A stretch of DNA of 42,965 nt from Octopus sinensis (GCF_006345805.1 NW_021835857.1:1-42965), one strand, 5' to 3'. Positions 11,720-23,540 are shown, counted from the first letter of the stretch. Numbers and translations: made by a program. Notes: generated from the sequence alone by a model not told the origin.

Positions 11720-11938
11720 TGTGTATGTTTGTGTGTCTGTGTTTGTCCCCCACAACATCGCCTGACAACCGATGCTGGTATGTTTACGTCCCCGTAGCCT
11801 AGCGGTTCGGCAAAAGGGACCGATAGAATAAGTACTAGGCTTACAAAGAATAAGTCCTGGAGTCGATTTTCTCGACTAAAGGCGGTGCTTCAGCATGGCC
11901 ATAGTCACATGACTGAAACAAGTAAAAGAGTAAAAGAG
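11537..11938 (+). mobile_element. SINE family B, 5'-truncated
   Basis: actgcgtggcaccttgggcaagtgtc ... gactgaaacaagtaaaagagtaaaagag, with an internal (CA)/(TA)/(TG) tract. Confidence 0.92.
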
Positions 11939-11940
11939 TA

Positions 11941-12011
11941 ATTATTTACATTATTTACATCATTTACAAGATGAGGACAAATATACATCGAATGTAAATA
12001 ATGTAAATAAT
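11941..12011. repeat. 20-bp perfect inverted repeat attatttacattatttacat with 31-bp spacer
   Basis: 11941-11960 is the exact reverse complement of 11992-12011. Confidence 0.85.
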
Positions 12012-12980
12012 GTATATAATTCCAATGGTCCACAATGTAAATGAATAAAACTGTACTAAAAACAAAGGCCCAGAGGTGCAAAAGAGCAAATCCATAAAAA
12101 AGGTCAATGTATTAAAAAAAAAAGTCACCTGATAGAGTCAAGGTGTCACACGGTTGGATGAATTGATGCAAGCTAAAATAATAATTGATGTTGGAGTAGG
12201 AAAACGTCACATGATAGTATCGTGTCATATGATTGGATGAAAGAAAATAAACAATTTATAAAGAATCTTTTGTGTCGTGACAACTGTGGTTGTTTCATCT
12301 GTGGACAATACTTTCCTCGTTCTACACGCATCTCGGACAAACTTGTTTGATAGCACATATATATTCGCATTGTGTTTACTTTAACATTTCAATATTTCTA
12401 CTCCAGGTGGCAACATTTGGATCTCTAGATGAAAACTGATATATATATATATATATATATACGAGCAAATCACCCCCGTCCAATGGACGGTGCTGAGTTG
12501 TCAAACATTTAAACCAAATCTTTTCAAAACAACTTGTCCGACCGTCTCATAGGTTTCCCTTTTGAGAAACAATAATTTAATATAAATTTGAGACACCAGC
12601 AAAAGAAGAAATAAAGATAAGACTTTTTTTCTATTCCAAAGAAAAACGATTTTATTCACACAAATATGCAACCGAAGAGTTTAAAGTACCAGTAAGTACA
12701 TTACAACTGCTGATGGCTTACTGTTTGCTTCTTCCATGGGTATGTGTAAGTATTTCATTTATTTCTTTACCGCATTTATCACTGACGAAGGGAGGGTTCT
12801 TATGAACTAACCCTGAAATCGGGTCCAATATGATAATAACGGAATTTTTAAAGAAATTTCTGTCGGCTTTCTTCGAGACGCGTGCTTATAGTGATGAATT
12901 GTATGATTATGGACGATGTGTCTGTTTTCGGCATATTTGGCATTAGAAATTTTTTATATTTTGCCCTAAGTTATATATAT

Positions 12981-13310
12981 ATAACATCACCATCAAAATA
13001 CAGGTCCAGATACTGCAACAGCTTGGGTTTCAGAGGACCACAGCTCTTTAACATCCTCCCTAAATGCCTGAGAGACTTACATGGTGTGGATGTGGGTTTC
13101 TTTAAAACTAAACTGGATCTCTTCTTGTCGGGAGTCCCAGATGAACCTACCTCACGACAGGAGACGCGGATGCGGGCAGCAGCATCGAACTCCCTTGTTG
13201 ATCAAGTGCCACGTATCAGAGGTGGATTCACAAATTAGTGTAGCTCATTCAGCGGTGGTGCCCCAGCATGGCCGCGGCCTTCGGGCTAAAACATTTTAAA
13301 GGATTTAAGG
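12981..13310 (+). mobile_element. CR1/L2-type LINE, 3' end of ORF2 plus 3' UTR (5'-truncated)
   Basis: SLGFRGPQLFNILPKCLRDLHGVDVGFFKTKLDLFLSGVPDEP...RAAASNSLVDQ, stop at 13236-13238, then ggtggtgccccagcatggccgcggccttcgggctaaaac. Confidence 0.85.
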
Positions 13311-13333
13311 ATTTATATATATATGTATGTTTG

Positions 13334-13369
<36 letters not shown>

Positions 13370-13732
13370 TGTATGTATGTATGTATGTATGTATGTATGT
13401 ATGTATGTATGTATACGCGTATGTGCATGCGTTTGGGTGTTTGTGTGTGCGCACGTGCGTGCGTGGATTCTGAACTCATCTTGTAAGTCATGACATTCTG
13501 CACCGATTCCATTGCTAATCCATCCACTGTTATCCTAGGAATAACTCTCTGATCAGAATAGCCTCAACCACACTGAGCGTTGGTAATGATTAAAACCATC
13601 GTTTTTAACATAGCACCGGATGTCACTTGACTCCGATTACCCGTAGTTTATCATTGCAGATGAGATTCTTGGTTGGGCAGCGGGTATTGATTAGACACAT
13701 ATAGGGAAGGGGTAACCGAATGTTGAAAATGG

Positions 13733-13752
13733 GTGATGACGATGATGATGAT

Positions 13753-13794
<42 letters not shown>

Positions 13795-13994
13795 GGATGA
13801 GGATGATGATGATGATGATGATGAGGATGATGATGATGATGATGAGGATGATGAGGATGATGAGGATGATGATGATGATGATGATGAGGATGATGATGAT
13901 GATGATGATGAGGATGATGATCATGATGATGATGATGGTGATGATGATGATGAGGATGATGATGATGATGATGATGAGGATGATGATTATGATG

Positions 13995-14064
<70 letters not shown>

Positions 14065-14148
14065 GGATGATGATGATGATGATGATGATGGATGATGGTG
14101 ATAATGATGATGATGATGAGGATGATGATGATGATGATGAGGATGATG

Positions 14149-14182
<34 letters not shown>

Positions 14183-14196
14183 GGATGATGATGAGG

Positions 14197-14254
<58 letters not shown>

Positions 14255-14260
14255 GGATGA

Positions 14261-14303
<43 letters not shown>

Positions 14304-14331
14304 TGATGTGATGATGATGATGATGATGATG

Positions 14332-14378
<47 letters not shown>

Positions 14379-14564
14379 GAAGATGATGATGATGATGATG
14401 ATGAGGATGATGATGAGGATGATGATGAGGATGATGATGATGATGATGATGATGAGGAGGATGATGAGGATGAGGATGATAATGATGATGATGATAATGA
14501 TGATGATGATGATGATGATGAGGATAATGATGATGATGATGATGATGATGACGATGATGATGAC

Positions 14565-14602
<38 letters not shown>

Positions 14603-14620
14603 GAGATGAGGATGATGATG

Positions 14621-14657
<37 letters not shown>

Positions 14658-14745
14658 GATATGATGAGGATGATGACGATGATGATGAGGATGATGATGA
14701 TGATGATGATGATGATGGTGATAATGATGAGGATGGTTTGATGGT
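13733..14745. repeat. About 1-kb imperfect (GAT)n trinucleotide tract, followed by a purine-rich low-complexity region to about 15030
   Basis: Direct reading, with interspersed GAG/GGT variants and several phase slips. Confidence 0.97.
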
Positions 14746-15568
14746 AGATGTGAATGAGGAGGATGAAAATGAGGATGAATTGTGAGAGGAAAAGACAAAA
14801 AAATGTAAACGGAAGAGCGGGGAAGGAGAATTTAGAAAAAGGAAAAAAGGTGGGGGTGGTAGATGAAGAAAGAAGATGTAAAAGGTACGAAGAGGAAGTG
14901 GAAGAGGAAGAAAGGGCAAGAGAGAAAGAAGTGAGAGTAAAGAGGAGAAAGAGAAGGAAAAGAATGTAGAAGAGGTGGATGAGAAGGAAGGAAGGAAGGA
15001 AGGAAAGAAGGAGTAGGGAGAGGTAGATGAGAAGCGAGATTATGACGTTGATGGCGGTAAATAGATGTTTAAATTATAGGGAATACTCGGAATTGGTACA
15101 ATTAAGACGAAATGCAAGGCGACAGACGATGGTGCACATAGAGAAAGTTCATAATTACTGATAAAAATAGATTCCAAGTCTATGGTTTATCGTTTCCATG
15201 GCAATGAGACGCTCTTTTGCTCTTTTGCTGTTCGTTATCTTGCGAAGAATTCAGATCTAAAACCTCTTGGCAATTGTAACCATTCATTAAGTTAAATCGT
15301 TGGATTGGCGTGGTACCAATAATTGGTATGTAATCGGGGAAAGAGCGGTTTCAATATCTTGCCCAAGGAAAATGCTTATTTCTTAATAACAGGACAAAGG
15401 AAGGACAGAACGAATGAAATATTAAACTCAGTCGACATTTTATCTTTGAGACTGTTCCATATATATATATAATGATGCGTGAAAAAACAGAAACAAAACA
15501 GAAAAAAAACCAGAAACAAAACAGAAAAAAAAAGCAGAAACAAAAAAGAAATTGGAAGATTAAGAAAA

Positions 15569-15759
15569 TGTTTATGGTAAGAAGCTTGCTTCCCAGGCAA
15601 TTGCTTCTGGGTTCAATCCCCACTGCATGTGACCTTGGGCAAGTATCTTGCCTCGGGTCGACCAAAGCCTTGTGAGTGGATTTGATAGAAATAGAAAGAA
15701 ACTGAAAGAATCCCGATACATGTATATATATAATATATATAATATATATATATGTGTGG

Positions 15760-15798
<39 letters not shown>

Positions 15799-15811
15799 CT
15801 ATATATATATA

Positions 15812-15854
<43 letters not shown>

Positions 15855-16180
15855 ATGTATGTATGTATATATATATGTATAAATATATGTATGTTGTGGT
15901 TATATATATATGTATATATATATATATGTATATGTATGTGATATATATATATATAATATTTTTGTGTGTCTGTGTTTGTCATCCATCAATTTGACAGCCG
16001 ATGCTGGTGTGTTTATGTCCATGTAACTTAGCTGTTTGGTAAAAGAGACCAATAGGATAAGTACTAGACTTACAGAGAATAAGTCCTGGGGTGGGGTGGG
16101 GGGGGGCGACTTGTTCGATTAAAGGCGGTGCTCCAGCATGGCCGCAGTCAAATAACTGAAGCAAACAAAAGAATAAAAGA
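15569..16180 (+). mobile_element. SINE family B with expanded internal (TA)n
   Basis: tggtaagaagcttgcttccc...gggttcaatccc; tail ggcggtgctccagcatggccgcagtc. Confidence 0.88.
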
Positions 16181-16272
16181 AAAAAAGAATATATACATAT
16201 ACATACACACCACACACACACCACACACACACGCACACACATATATATATATATATACATGTATATGTATAT

Positions 16273-16755
16273 ACTCTTTTACTCTTTTACTTGTTTCAGT
16301 CAATTGACTGCGGCCATGCAGGAGCACCACCTTTTAATCGAGCAAATCGACCCCGGGACTTATTCTTTGTAAGCCCAGTACTTATTCTATCGGTCTCTTT
16401 TGCCGAACCGCTAAGTGACGGGGGACATAAACACACCAGCATTGGTTGTCAAGCAATACTAGGGGGGACAAACACAGGCACACAAATACACACGCACATA
16501 TATATATATATATATACATATATACAACGGTAATCAAGCGATGTTGGGGGGGGGGACAAAGACAGACACACAAACAATATACACACACATACATATATAT
16601 GACGGGCTTCTTTCAGTTTCCGTCTACCAAATCCACTCACAAGGCTTTGGTCGGCCCGAGGCTATAGTAGAAGACACTTGCCCAAGGTGCCACGCAGTGG
16701 GACTGAACCCGGAACAATGTGGTTGGTAAGCAAGCTACTTACCACACAGCCACTC
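16273..16755 (-). mobile_element. SINE family B, full length
   Basis: Complete head, body and (gtaaaaga)n tail. Tail-to-tail with the 15569-16180 copy. Confidence 0.95.
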
Positions 16756-17494
16756 ATTTATGACAAAACAAATGAAAACGGTGATTACTTTTCGTTATTA
16801 ATTGTCAATTATCACAAACACATTTCCCACAGTGTGTAGCATAAATAGCTTTGCTTGCCATACACATACAATATATTATTCGCCGTGTATAAATCATACC
16901 ACCACATACTGCTTGGACAATAGTAGAAATTTATGAAAAACCCGATCATAATTATCATGAAGATAATTACCGATGATACCAATGCACGTATGGTTCGGTG
17001 TCTGGGTTTTAACCTGAATGATAACTGGGGCGCGAGAAATATTATTACGAATAATATAAAGACAAATCTTTTCACATAATTCCTAAGAGTCGTCCACACT
17101 CTGAACTTAATGAGTTTTCTACAAAAATTACTGTCTAAAATATAGTCAAAGAAATCTCCGCTCATAATTATTTAGCAAAATTTTTTCAATTTTTTTTTTA
17201 TCTTCTTTATAATTTCAATTCTTCATTTGGCGAAAACGTCTCAACGACGCACGGTGGATATTTCATTTGGTTGCCAACAGATGAAATGTGTTGTTGCTGG
17301 ATATTCCAGAGAAATTCCAGAGCAAAATAAACATAAAATTCCTCCGAAATTTCTCAATTGGTATTTCTAAGATTTGAAGTTTCCGGTTTAGATTTGATAT
17401 TCTTTAATCCAAATGAAGACAAAAAAAAAAAATTCATTTAGAAAATGCTGATGACGTCAGCAATAACGACAGGCGTCATAACATGATAGACATC

Positions 17495-17625
17495 ACTCTT
17501 TTACTCTTTTACTTGTTTCAGTCATTTGACTGCGGACATGCTGGAGCACCGCCTTTAGTCGAGCTAATCGACCCCAGGACTTATTCTTTGTCAGCCTAGT
17601 ACTTAGTAACTGAAACAAAGTAAAA
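17495..17625 (-). mobile_element. SINE family B 3' fragment ending in a short inverted copy of its own tail
   Basis: ttttacttgtttcagt (17507-17522) versus actgaaacaaagtaaaa (17609-17625). Confidence 0.8.
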
Positions 17626-17663
17626 TGTATACCTACATATATGTATATATATAATATATATAA

Positions 17664-17712
<49 letters not shown>

Positions 17713-17879
17713 CTAATACATACACCAACCCTATACATACACACGTCCAGACCCCTCCTACGCACTATTAGCTGGTCCTTCAACCCTATTATCAACCCTA
17801 TTATCTCCCCTTATTTCGCTCTCGCGTCTCATGTTTGATCTTTGACCTCTGGCCGAAATCAGATCGCCATGTTGATTCG

Positions 17880-18085
17880 TTAGCTACTGCACGCATTTTT
17901 TTCTCTCCTTCTTTCTGTGTTTTTTTTCTCTCTGTGTATCTTTCTGTTGAAGAGCGTAGGCTCGAAACGTTAAAGACTTGTTTTATTTATATTTCCTGAG
18001 CGCCATACTAATACAATTGTTCGTTTGTTTTCCACCTGCCTTCGTCTTTTGTCTATTTTCATAAAGCTTCCCGTTATATATATAT
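17880..18085 (+). mobile_element. Penelope-like terminal fragment
   Basis: Carries ...gaagagcgtaggctcgaaacgttaaagac in a pyrimidine-rich context. Related copies at 5545-5620, 29560-29700 and 42230-42430. Confidence 0.55.
17939..17976 (+). ncRNA. Minimal type-I hammerhead-like motif, core-mutated
   Basis: Stem I tcttt/aaaga; core ctgTtga (A6 to U); extra A; stem II gagc-gtag-gctc; gaa; palindromic stem III acgt; N17=t. Confidence 0.5.
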
Positions 18086-18196
18086 ATATAGAAAATAGTA
18101 AAAAGTGAAAAACTACAGAAGTTTGTTTTAAAAGGTTAAAAATATATATTTGAGTCAATAGGTCTGAAAATGTTATATCTATTATATAGAATATAT

Positions 18197-18229
<33 letters not shown>

Positions 18230-18242
18230 GATTGATTGATTC

Positions 18243-18283
18243 TAGTTTCAGCTCATGAGCTGTGGCCATGCTGGGGCACCGCC

Positions 18284-18359
<76 letters not shown>

Positions 18360-18676
18360 CGTAATTGACCATGGGATTGCATGTAGAAAGTTCCCCTCCG
18401 AGATACCAGTCCAAGAAACGTTGTTGAGGAAAGACCATTAGTTGCCCATGCATACCAGCCTCTCCTCTCCATGCCACTGATGGTGTCCAAGGGAAAGGCA
18501 AAGGTACCGATACAGCTTGGTACCAGTGACGTCCCAACTCATTTCTACAGCTGAGTGAACAGGAGCGACGTGAAATAAAGTGTCTTGCTCAAGAACACAA
18601 CACAGCCTGGACTATGAATCGAACTCACTACCTCATGATTGTGAACCCGACGCTCTAGCCAAAGCCATATGCCTTC
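18243..18676 (-). mobile_element. SINE family D (tRNA head, tgtgttcttgagcaagacactttatttcac body), internal microsatellite, CR1-type tail
   Basis: Head gaaggcatatggctttggctagagcgtcggg...gagttcgattc; tail atggcggtgccccagcatggccacagctcatgagctgaaactag. Whether the tail belongs to the SINE or is a separate 45-bp LINE stub is unresolved. Confidence 0.7.
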
Positions 18677-19191
18677 ACCCCACCCCCATATATTTATATA
18701 TGCACATATAAGTGTGTAGTGTGTGTGTATGTGTGTGAGTATATCTAGAGAGGAGAAGAGAATAACGAGATGAGAGACAAGGTTACCGCGAAGATTTTCA
18801 GTTGATAATGATATGTGGAACAATGATCAGAAAAACGAGCAGAATCGATCGTATGGCTTCGTAAAGTGTATCGTATTTCTACGATTTCCCGACATCACAA
18901 GCATGATATGCGATCAAAGATGTGGGCAAACTAATATCGCTGCATATCACTGATGTATCATGGAAACTTTTATAGTTTCTTAAATTACAAAAAAAAAAAA
19001 AGAAATAAGAAAAACAAACGAAAAAGAAAAAACAAACAAACAAGATATCAACCAAACCAAATCTGCTTCCGCCGACTTCCTTTGTTAGCTTTGGTTAATC
19101 ATTGCCAGAAAGTATTTAGGTTTTCTGTCGTCTTGTAAGCAGATCTTGTAAAATAGCAATAGGTTTTTCTTTTCCTTTGTCCATCTATCTA

Positions 19192-19291
<100 letters not shown>

Positions 19292-19358
19292 CCGTTTTTC
19301 CATCTCTGTCTTTCCATCTACTACTAGTCTCTTTGATGCTTGCCTGCCGGTTGCTTGC

Positions 19359-19415
<57 letters not shown>

Positions 19416-19438
19416 CTATCTATCTATCTATCTATCTA

Positions 19439-19473
<35 letters not shown>

Positions 19474-19474
19474 G

Positions 19475-19515
<41 letters not shown>

Positions 19516-19517
<2 letters not shown>

Positions 19518-19676
19518 GAGTTCAAATTCCACCGAGGTAGACTTTGACTTTCATCCTTTCGGGATCGATAAATTAAGTACCAGTTACACACTGGGGTCGA
19601 TATAATCGACTTAATCCGTTTTTCTGTCCTTGTTTGTCCCCTCTGTGTTTAGCCCCTTGTGGGTAGTAAAGAAATA
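19516..19676 (+). mobile_element. SINE family A, 5'-truncated, inside (TATC)n/(TGTC)n
   Basis: ctgagttcaaattccaccgagg...gggtagtaaagaaata. Confidence 0.9.
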
Positions 19677-19711
19677 TATCTGTCTGTCTGTTTGTCTGTC
19701 TACCTATTTAC

Positions 19712-19779
<68 letters not shown>

Positions 19780-20839
19780 GGGTCTGTCTAACCATCCGTC
19801 TGTCTGTTTGTCTGTCTGTCTCTCTTTCTGTCTCTCTATTCTGTTTTTCCCCCTCTGTCTTTCCATCTACTGCCAGTCTGCTTGATGCTTGCCTGCCTGC
19901 CTGGTTACTTACCTCTCTGTCTGTCTGTCAGTCTGTCTCTCCTCCTCTGCACCCCCCACTCAAACACATTTACATATATGTACAAGGTGCCTCAAAATGA
20001 TTTGATACGCCTTTTTTTATTTTTATTTGCTAATGGCAGAATTGTGAGACAAAATGTTTAGCAATATTACACGCTTTAAGTTAAAATTCCGCCGTTGTCC
20101 AATTTACCATTCATGCTATTTGGGGCTGATAAAATAAATACCAGCCGAGCATTAGGGTTAATGTACTCGAATTGCTCCTACACACGAACCCCACCCCCTT
20201 CTGCCTAAAATAAAATGAGCAAAATAGTTGTAATTAGCTCGTTATAATTGTGTTTCTTCGAACCATTTTTACTGGTATCTAAAATGTGTCACGTGATTAT
20301 GACACACCAAAACATATAAATACACACACACATATATATTTACATATATACATATAAACATGTATTAATATATATTAATATATATATATATATATATGTT
20401 TTTCTTCTAATATAAAATACCTCCAAACCTTCTAATGTCGTTACTGTCCTGTTTTTGTTACCATTTTTACCCCTCCGCAAAAAAAATCGCAAATTTTATT
20501 TAATTTGCTTTTCGCGGGAAGGAAAGTTTCAGTCGAAGTTGCGTCTCGCATTCACCTTCGAAACGCAGAGTAGATGAAACCACGGCGACTGAAGAAGGGG
20601 AATTTTCCTTGTGTTATTTGTCCTGTACTCTATTTTTTCGTTGTTTAAGAAAAATGACCAGTTCCTTGGTTTTGTGTTTATGTTTTCGTTTCTCATTGTG
20701 TTGGACGTTTTTTTTTGTGTCCTGTTCCCATATATGCATGTATATATGAATGTAGATGTAGGTACGTACATATATGTATGTATATATGCATATGTTTTAT
20801 TTATTAATTTGTTATATATATATATATATATATATATAT

Positions 20840-21215
20840 AGGCACAGGAGTGGCTGTGTGGTAAGTAGATTGCTTACGAACCACATGGTTCCGAGTTCAG
20901 TCCCACTGCATGGCACTTTGGGCAAGTGTCTTCTACTATAGCCTCGGGCCGACCAAAGCCTTGTGAGTGGATTTGGTAGACGGAAACTGGTATATGTATA
21001 TATACCAGTATATGTATATATACCGTGGTATATATATATATATATATGTGTGTGTATGTGTATATATTTATGTGTCTGAGTTTGTCCCCATCATCGCTTG
21101 ACAACCAATGTTGGTGTGTTTACGTTCCCGTAACTTAGCGGTTCAGCAAAAAGAACTGATAGAATAAGTACTAGGCTTACAAAAAATAGGTGCTGAAACA
21201 AATAAATAAAAGAAT
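20840..21215 (+). mobile_element. SINE family B with 3' internal deletion
   Basis: aggcacaggagtggctgtgtggtaagtag...gaataagtactaggcttac. Confidence 0.9.
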
Positions 21216-21375
21216 GCATACATATATCTCCATATTAATATATATACATAAATATATATACACACACGCAAGCACACACATACACACACGCACGCACAAA
21301 CACACGCACACTCACATATGTATTCTGGTCTTCCACAAACAACAATGGTCATTCATGACCAAAGGGGGTCATTAC

Positions 21376-21471
<96 letters not shown>

Positions 21472-21768
21472 ATTTCCAAGTAAGTATAGAGAGAATGAGT
21501 GACAGAGTGAGAGAGAGAGGGATTGAGAGAGAGAAAGAGAAGGTGGAAGAAAGAGGGAATGAACGAGAGAGTGAGAAAGAAAGTGTGAGAGTGAGAGAAA
21601 GAGAGAAAGAGGGAGAGAAGAGAGAGGGAGGATGAGTGTGAGAATGGAAGAGAAGGAGAGTGTGTGTGTGAGAGAGAGAAAGAGAAAGAGACAAACAGAA
21701 AGAAAGAGAGAAAGAGTGAGTGCAAGAGATAGAAAAATAGATAGATAGATAGATAGATGGATAGATAT

Positions 21769-21960
21769 GTTTCTTTATTAGCCACACAGGGCTGCACACA
21801 GACAGAACAAATTACAAGGTAGAGCTTTTCTTTTGGGGGTAAAAAAAGGGGGTTGGTTTTCGATCAAAAGAGATCGTAAAAGGAAAGAAAGAGGACAAAA
21901 AAAGGGGAGGATTTTAAAAAAAGGGGGGGGGAGGAAAAAAAGAAAAGAAAAGAGGGGACG
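21769..21960 (-). mobile_element. Probable non-LTR retrotransposon 3' UTR stub whose end resembles the SINE-A tail
   Basis: Minus strand tttgttctgtctgtgtgcagccctgtgtggctaataaagaaaca versus SINE-A tttgtcccctctgtgtttagccccttgtgggyartaaagaaata; runs into (CTAT)n. Confidence 0.5.
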
Positions 21961-22005
<45 letters not shown>

Positions 22006-22545
22006 GGATAGATGGATAGATAGAGAAATGTAAGAGAGAGAAATGTAAGCAAACTCACTTGTGCGTTGATTAAACATGTATCCATTGACTGCAGTTCCGT
22101 TTTTTATTAATATATTTTGTTACACCCTTATTTTCATTGTAAGAATCCTCACAACTACAATCGTATAATCCCTAGAGATTTAATCTCTTTTATTCCCTAA
22201 TCCTGTACTTATTCAGGACCAGGTTTTACACTCACAGTACTTCATTGCGGTCTCTAAGCAATAATTGCGAAGAATTTAATATATTTCTGTTTATTATTGA
22301 TGTGATAGAGAGAACTATGTTTCCCATAAGTTTACGCTTTAATAAGTGCTGGCTACATCTGTAAAATAACAAACATCGTGAGCCGAAGATTGAGGTTTAT
22401 ATCTTTTCATTAAAAAGGTTTTCAAACGTTTTGTGTACTCAGAAACTTAAGGTGTAGTGAATGAATGTTCTGTGAGTTTAACAATCTCCGAAGTTGTTGA
22501 AATATTTGACTATTTACAACGTTTATTTATTTGCGAATAACTGAA

Positions 22546-23540
22546 GTGGTTGAGCTGGCAGCATCGTTAGCACGCCGGGCGAAATACTTAGAGGTATTTC
22601 GTCTGTCCACGTGTTTTGAGTTCAAATTCCGCCGAGGTTGACTTTGCCTTTCATCCTTTCGGGGTCGATAAATTAAGTACCAGTTATGCACTGGAGTCGA
22701 TGTAATCGACTTAATCCCTTTGTCTGTCCTTGTTTGTCTCCTCTATGTTTAGCCCTTGAGGGCAATAAAGAAATAAGAATCGTTAGCACGCCGGGCGAAA
22801 TGCCTAGCGGCATTTTGTCTGCCGTTATGTTGTGAGTTCAAATTCCACCGAGGTCGACTTTGCCTTTCATCCTTTCGGGGTCGATAAATTAAGCACCAGT
22901 TACGCACTGGGGTCGATATAAACGACCTAATCCGTTTGTCTGTCCTTGTTTGTCCACTCTATGCTTAGCTCCTTGTGGGTAGTAAAGGAATAGGTATTTC
23001 GTCTGCCGTTACGTTCTGAGTTCAAATTCCGCCGAGGTCGACTTTACCTTTCATCCTTTCGGGGTCGATAAATGAAGTACCAGTTACGCACTGGGGTCGA
23101 TGTAATCGACTTAATCCGTTTGTCTGTCCTTGTTTATCCTCTCTGTGTTTAGCCCCTGGTAGGTAGTAAAGAAATAGGTATTTCGTCTGTCTTTACGTTC
23201 TGAGTTCAAATTCCACCGAGGTCGACTTTGCCTTTCATCCTTTCGGGGTCGATAAATTAAGTACCAGTTACCTACTGGTGTTAATCTAATTAGATCAGCC
23301 ACCTCCTCCAAAATTTCGGGCCTTGTGCCTAGACTAGAAAAGAATCGTTAGTACGCCGGGCAAAATGCTTATCAGCATTTCGCCCGTTTTTTTACGTTCT
23401 AAGTTCAAATTCGTCCCTGGTCAACTTTGCTTTCATCTTTTAGGGATCAAAAAAAATAAGGACCAGTTGAGCACTGGGATCAATGTAATCCACTTATCCC
23501 TTCCTCCAAAGTTGTTAACCATGTGTCAAAATTTTAAAAG
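22546..23540 (+). repeat. Head-to-tail array of five SINE family A monomers
   Basis: Monomer starts at about 22546, 22776, 22994, 23178 and 23344. Junctions are tail|(aga)atcgttag or tail|gtatttcgtctg. Confidence 0.9.

Noticed and set aside
13623-14919. 391-aa and 310-aa poly-His/Ile and poly-Asp/Met ORFs
   Set aside because: Frames of the (GAT)n tract; phase slips switch the residue type and there is no flanking coding context.
15192-15205. RFX X-box-like gtttccatggcaat
   Set aside because: Single imperfect motif with no promoter or gene context.
20529-20615. Nested hairpins with ctgaaga and cgaaac, possible hammerhead
   Set aside because: Core elements are in the wrong order and no GAAA follows the putative stem II.
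22546-23540. Regularly spaced repeats as a CRISPR array
   Set aside because: Eukaryotic SINE monomers of about 185-230 bp with no unique spacers and no cas genes.
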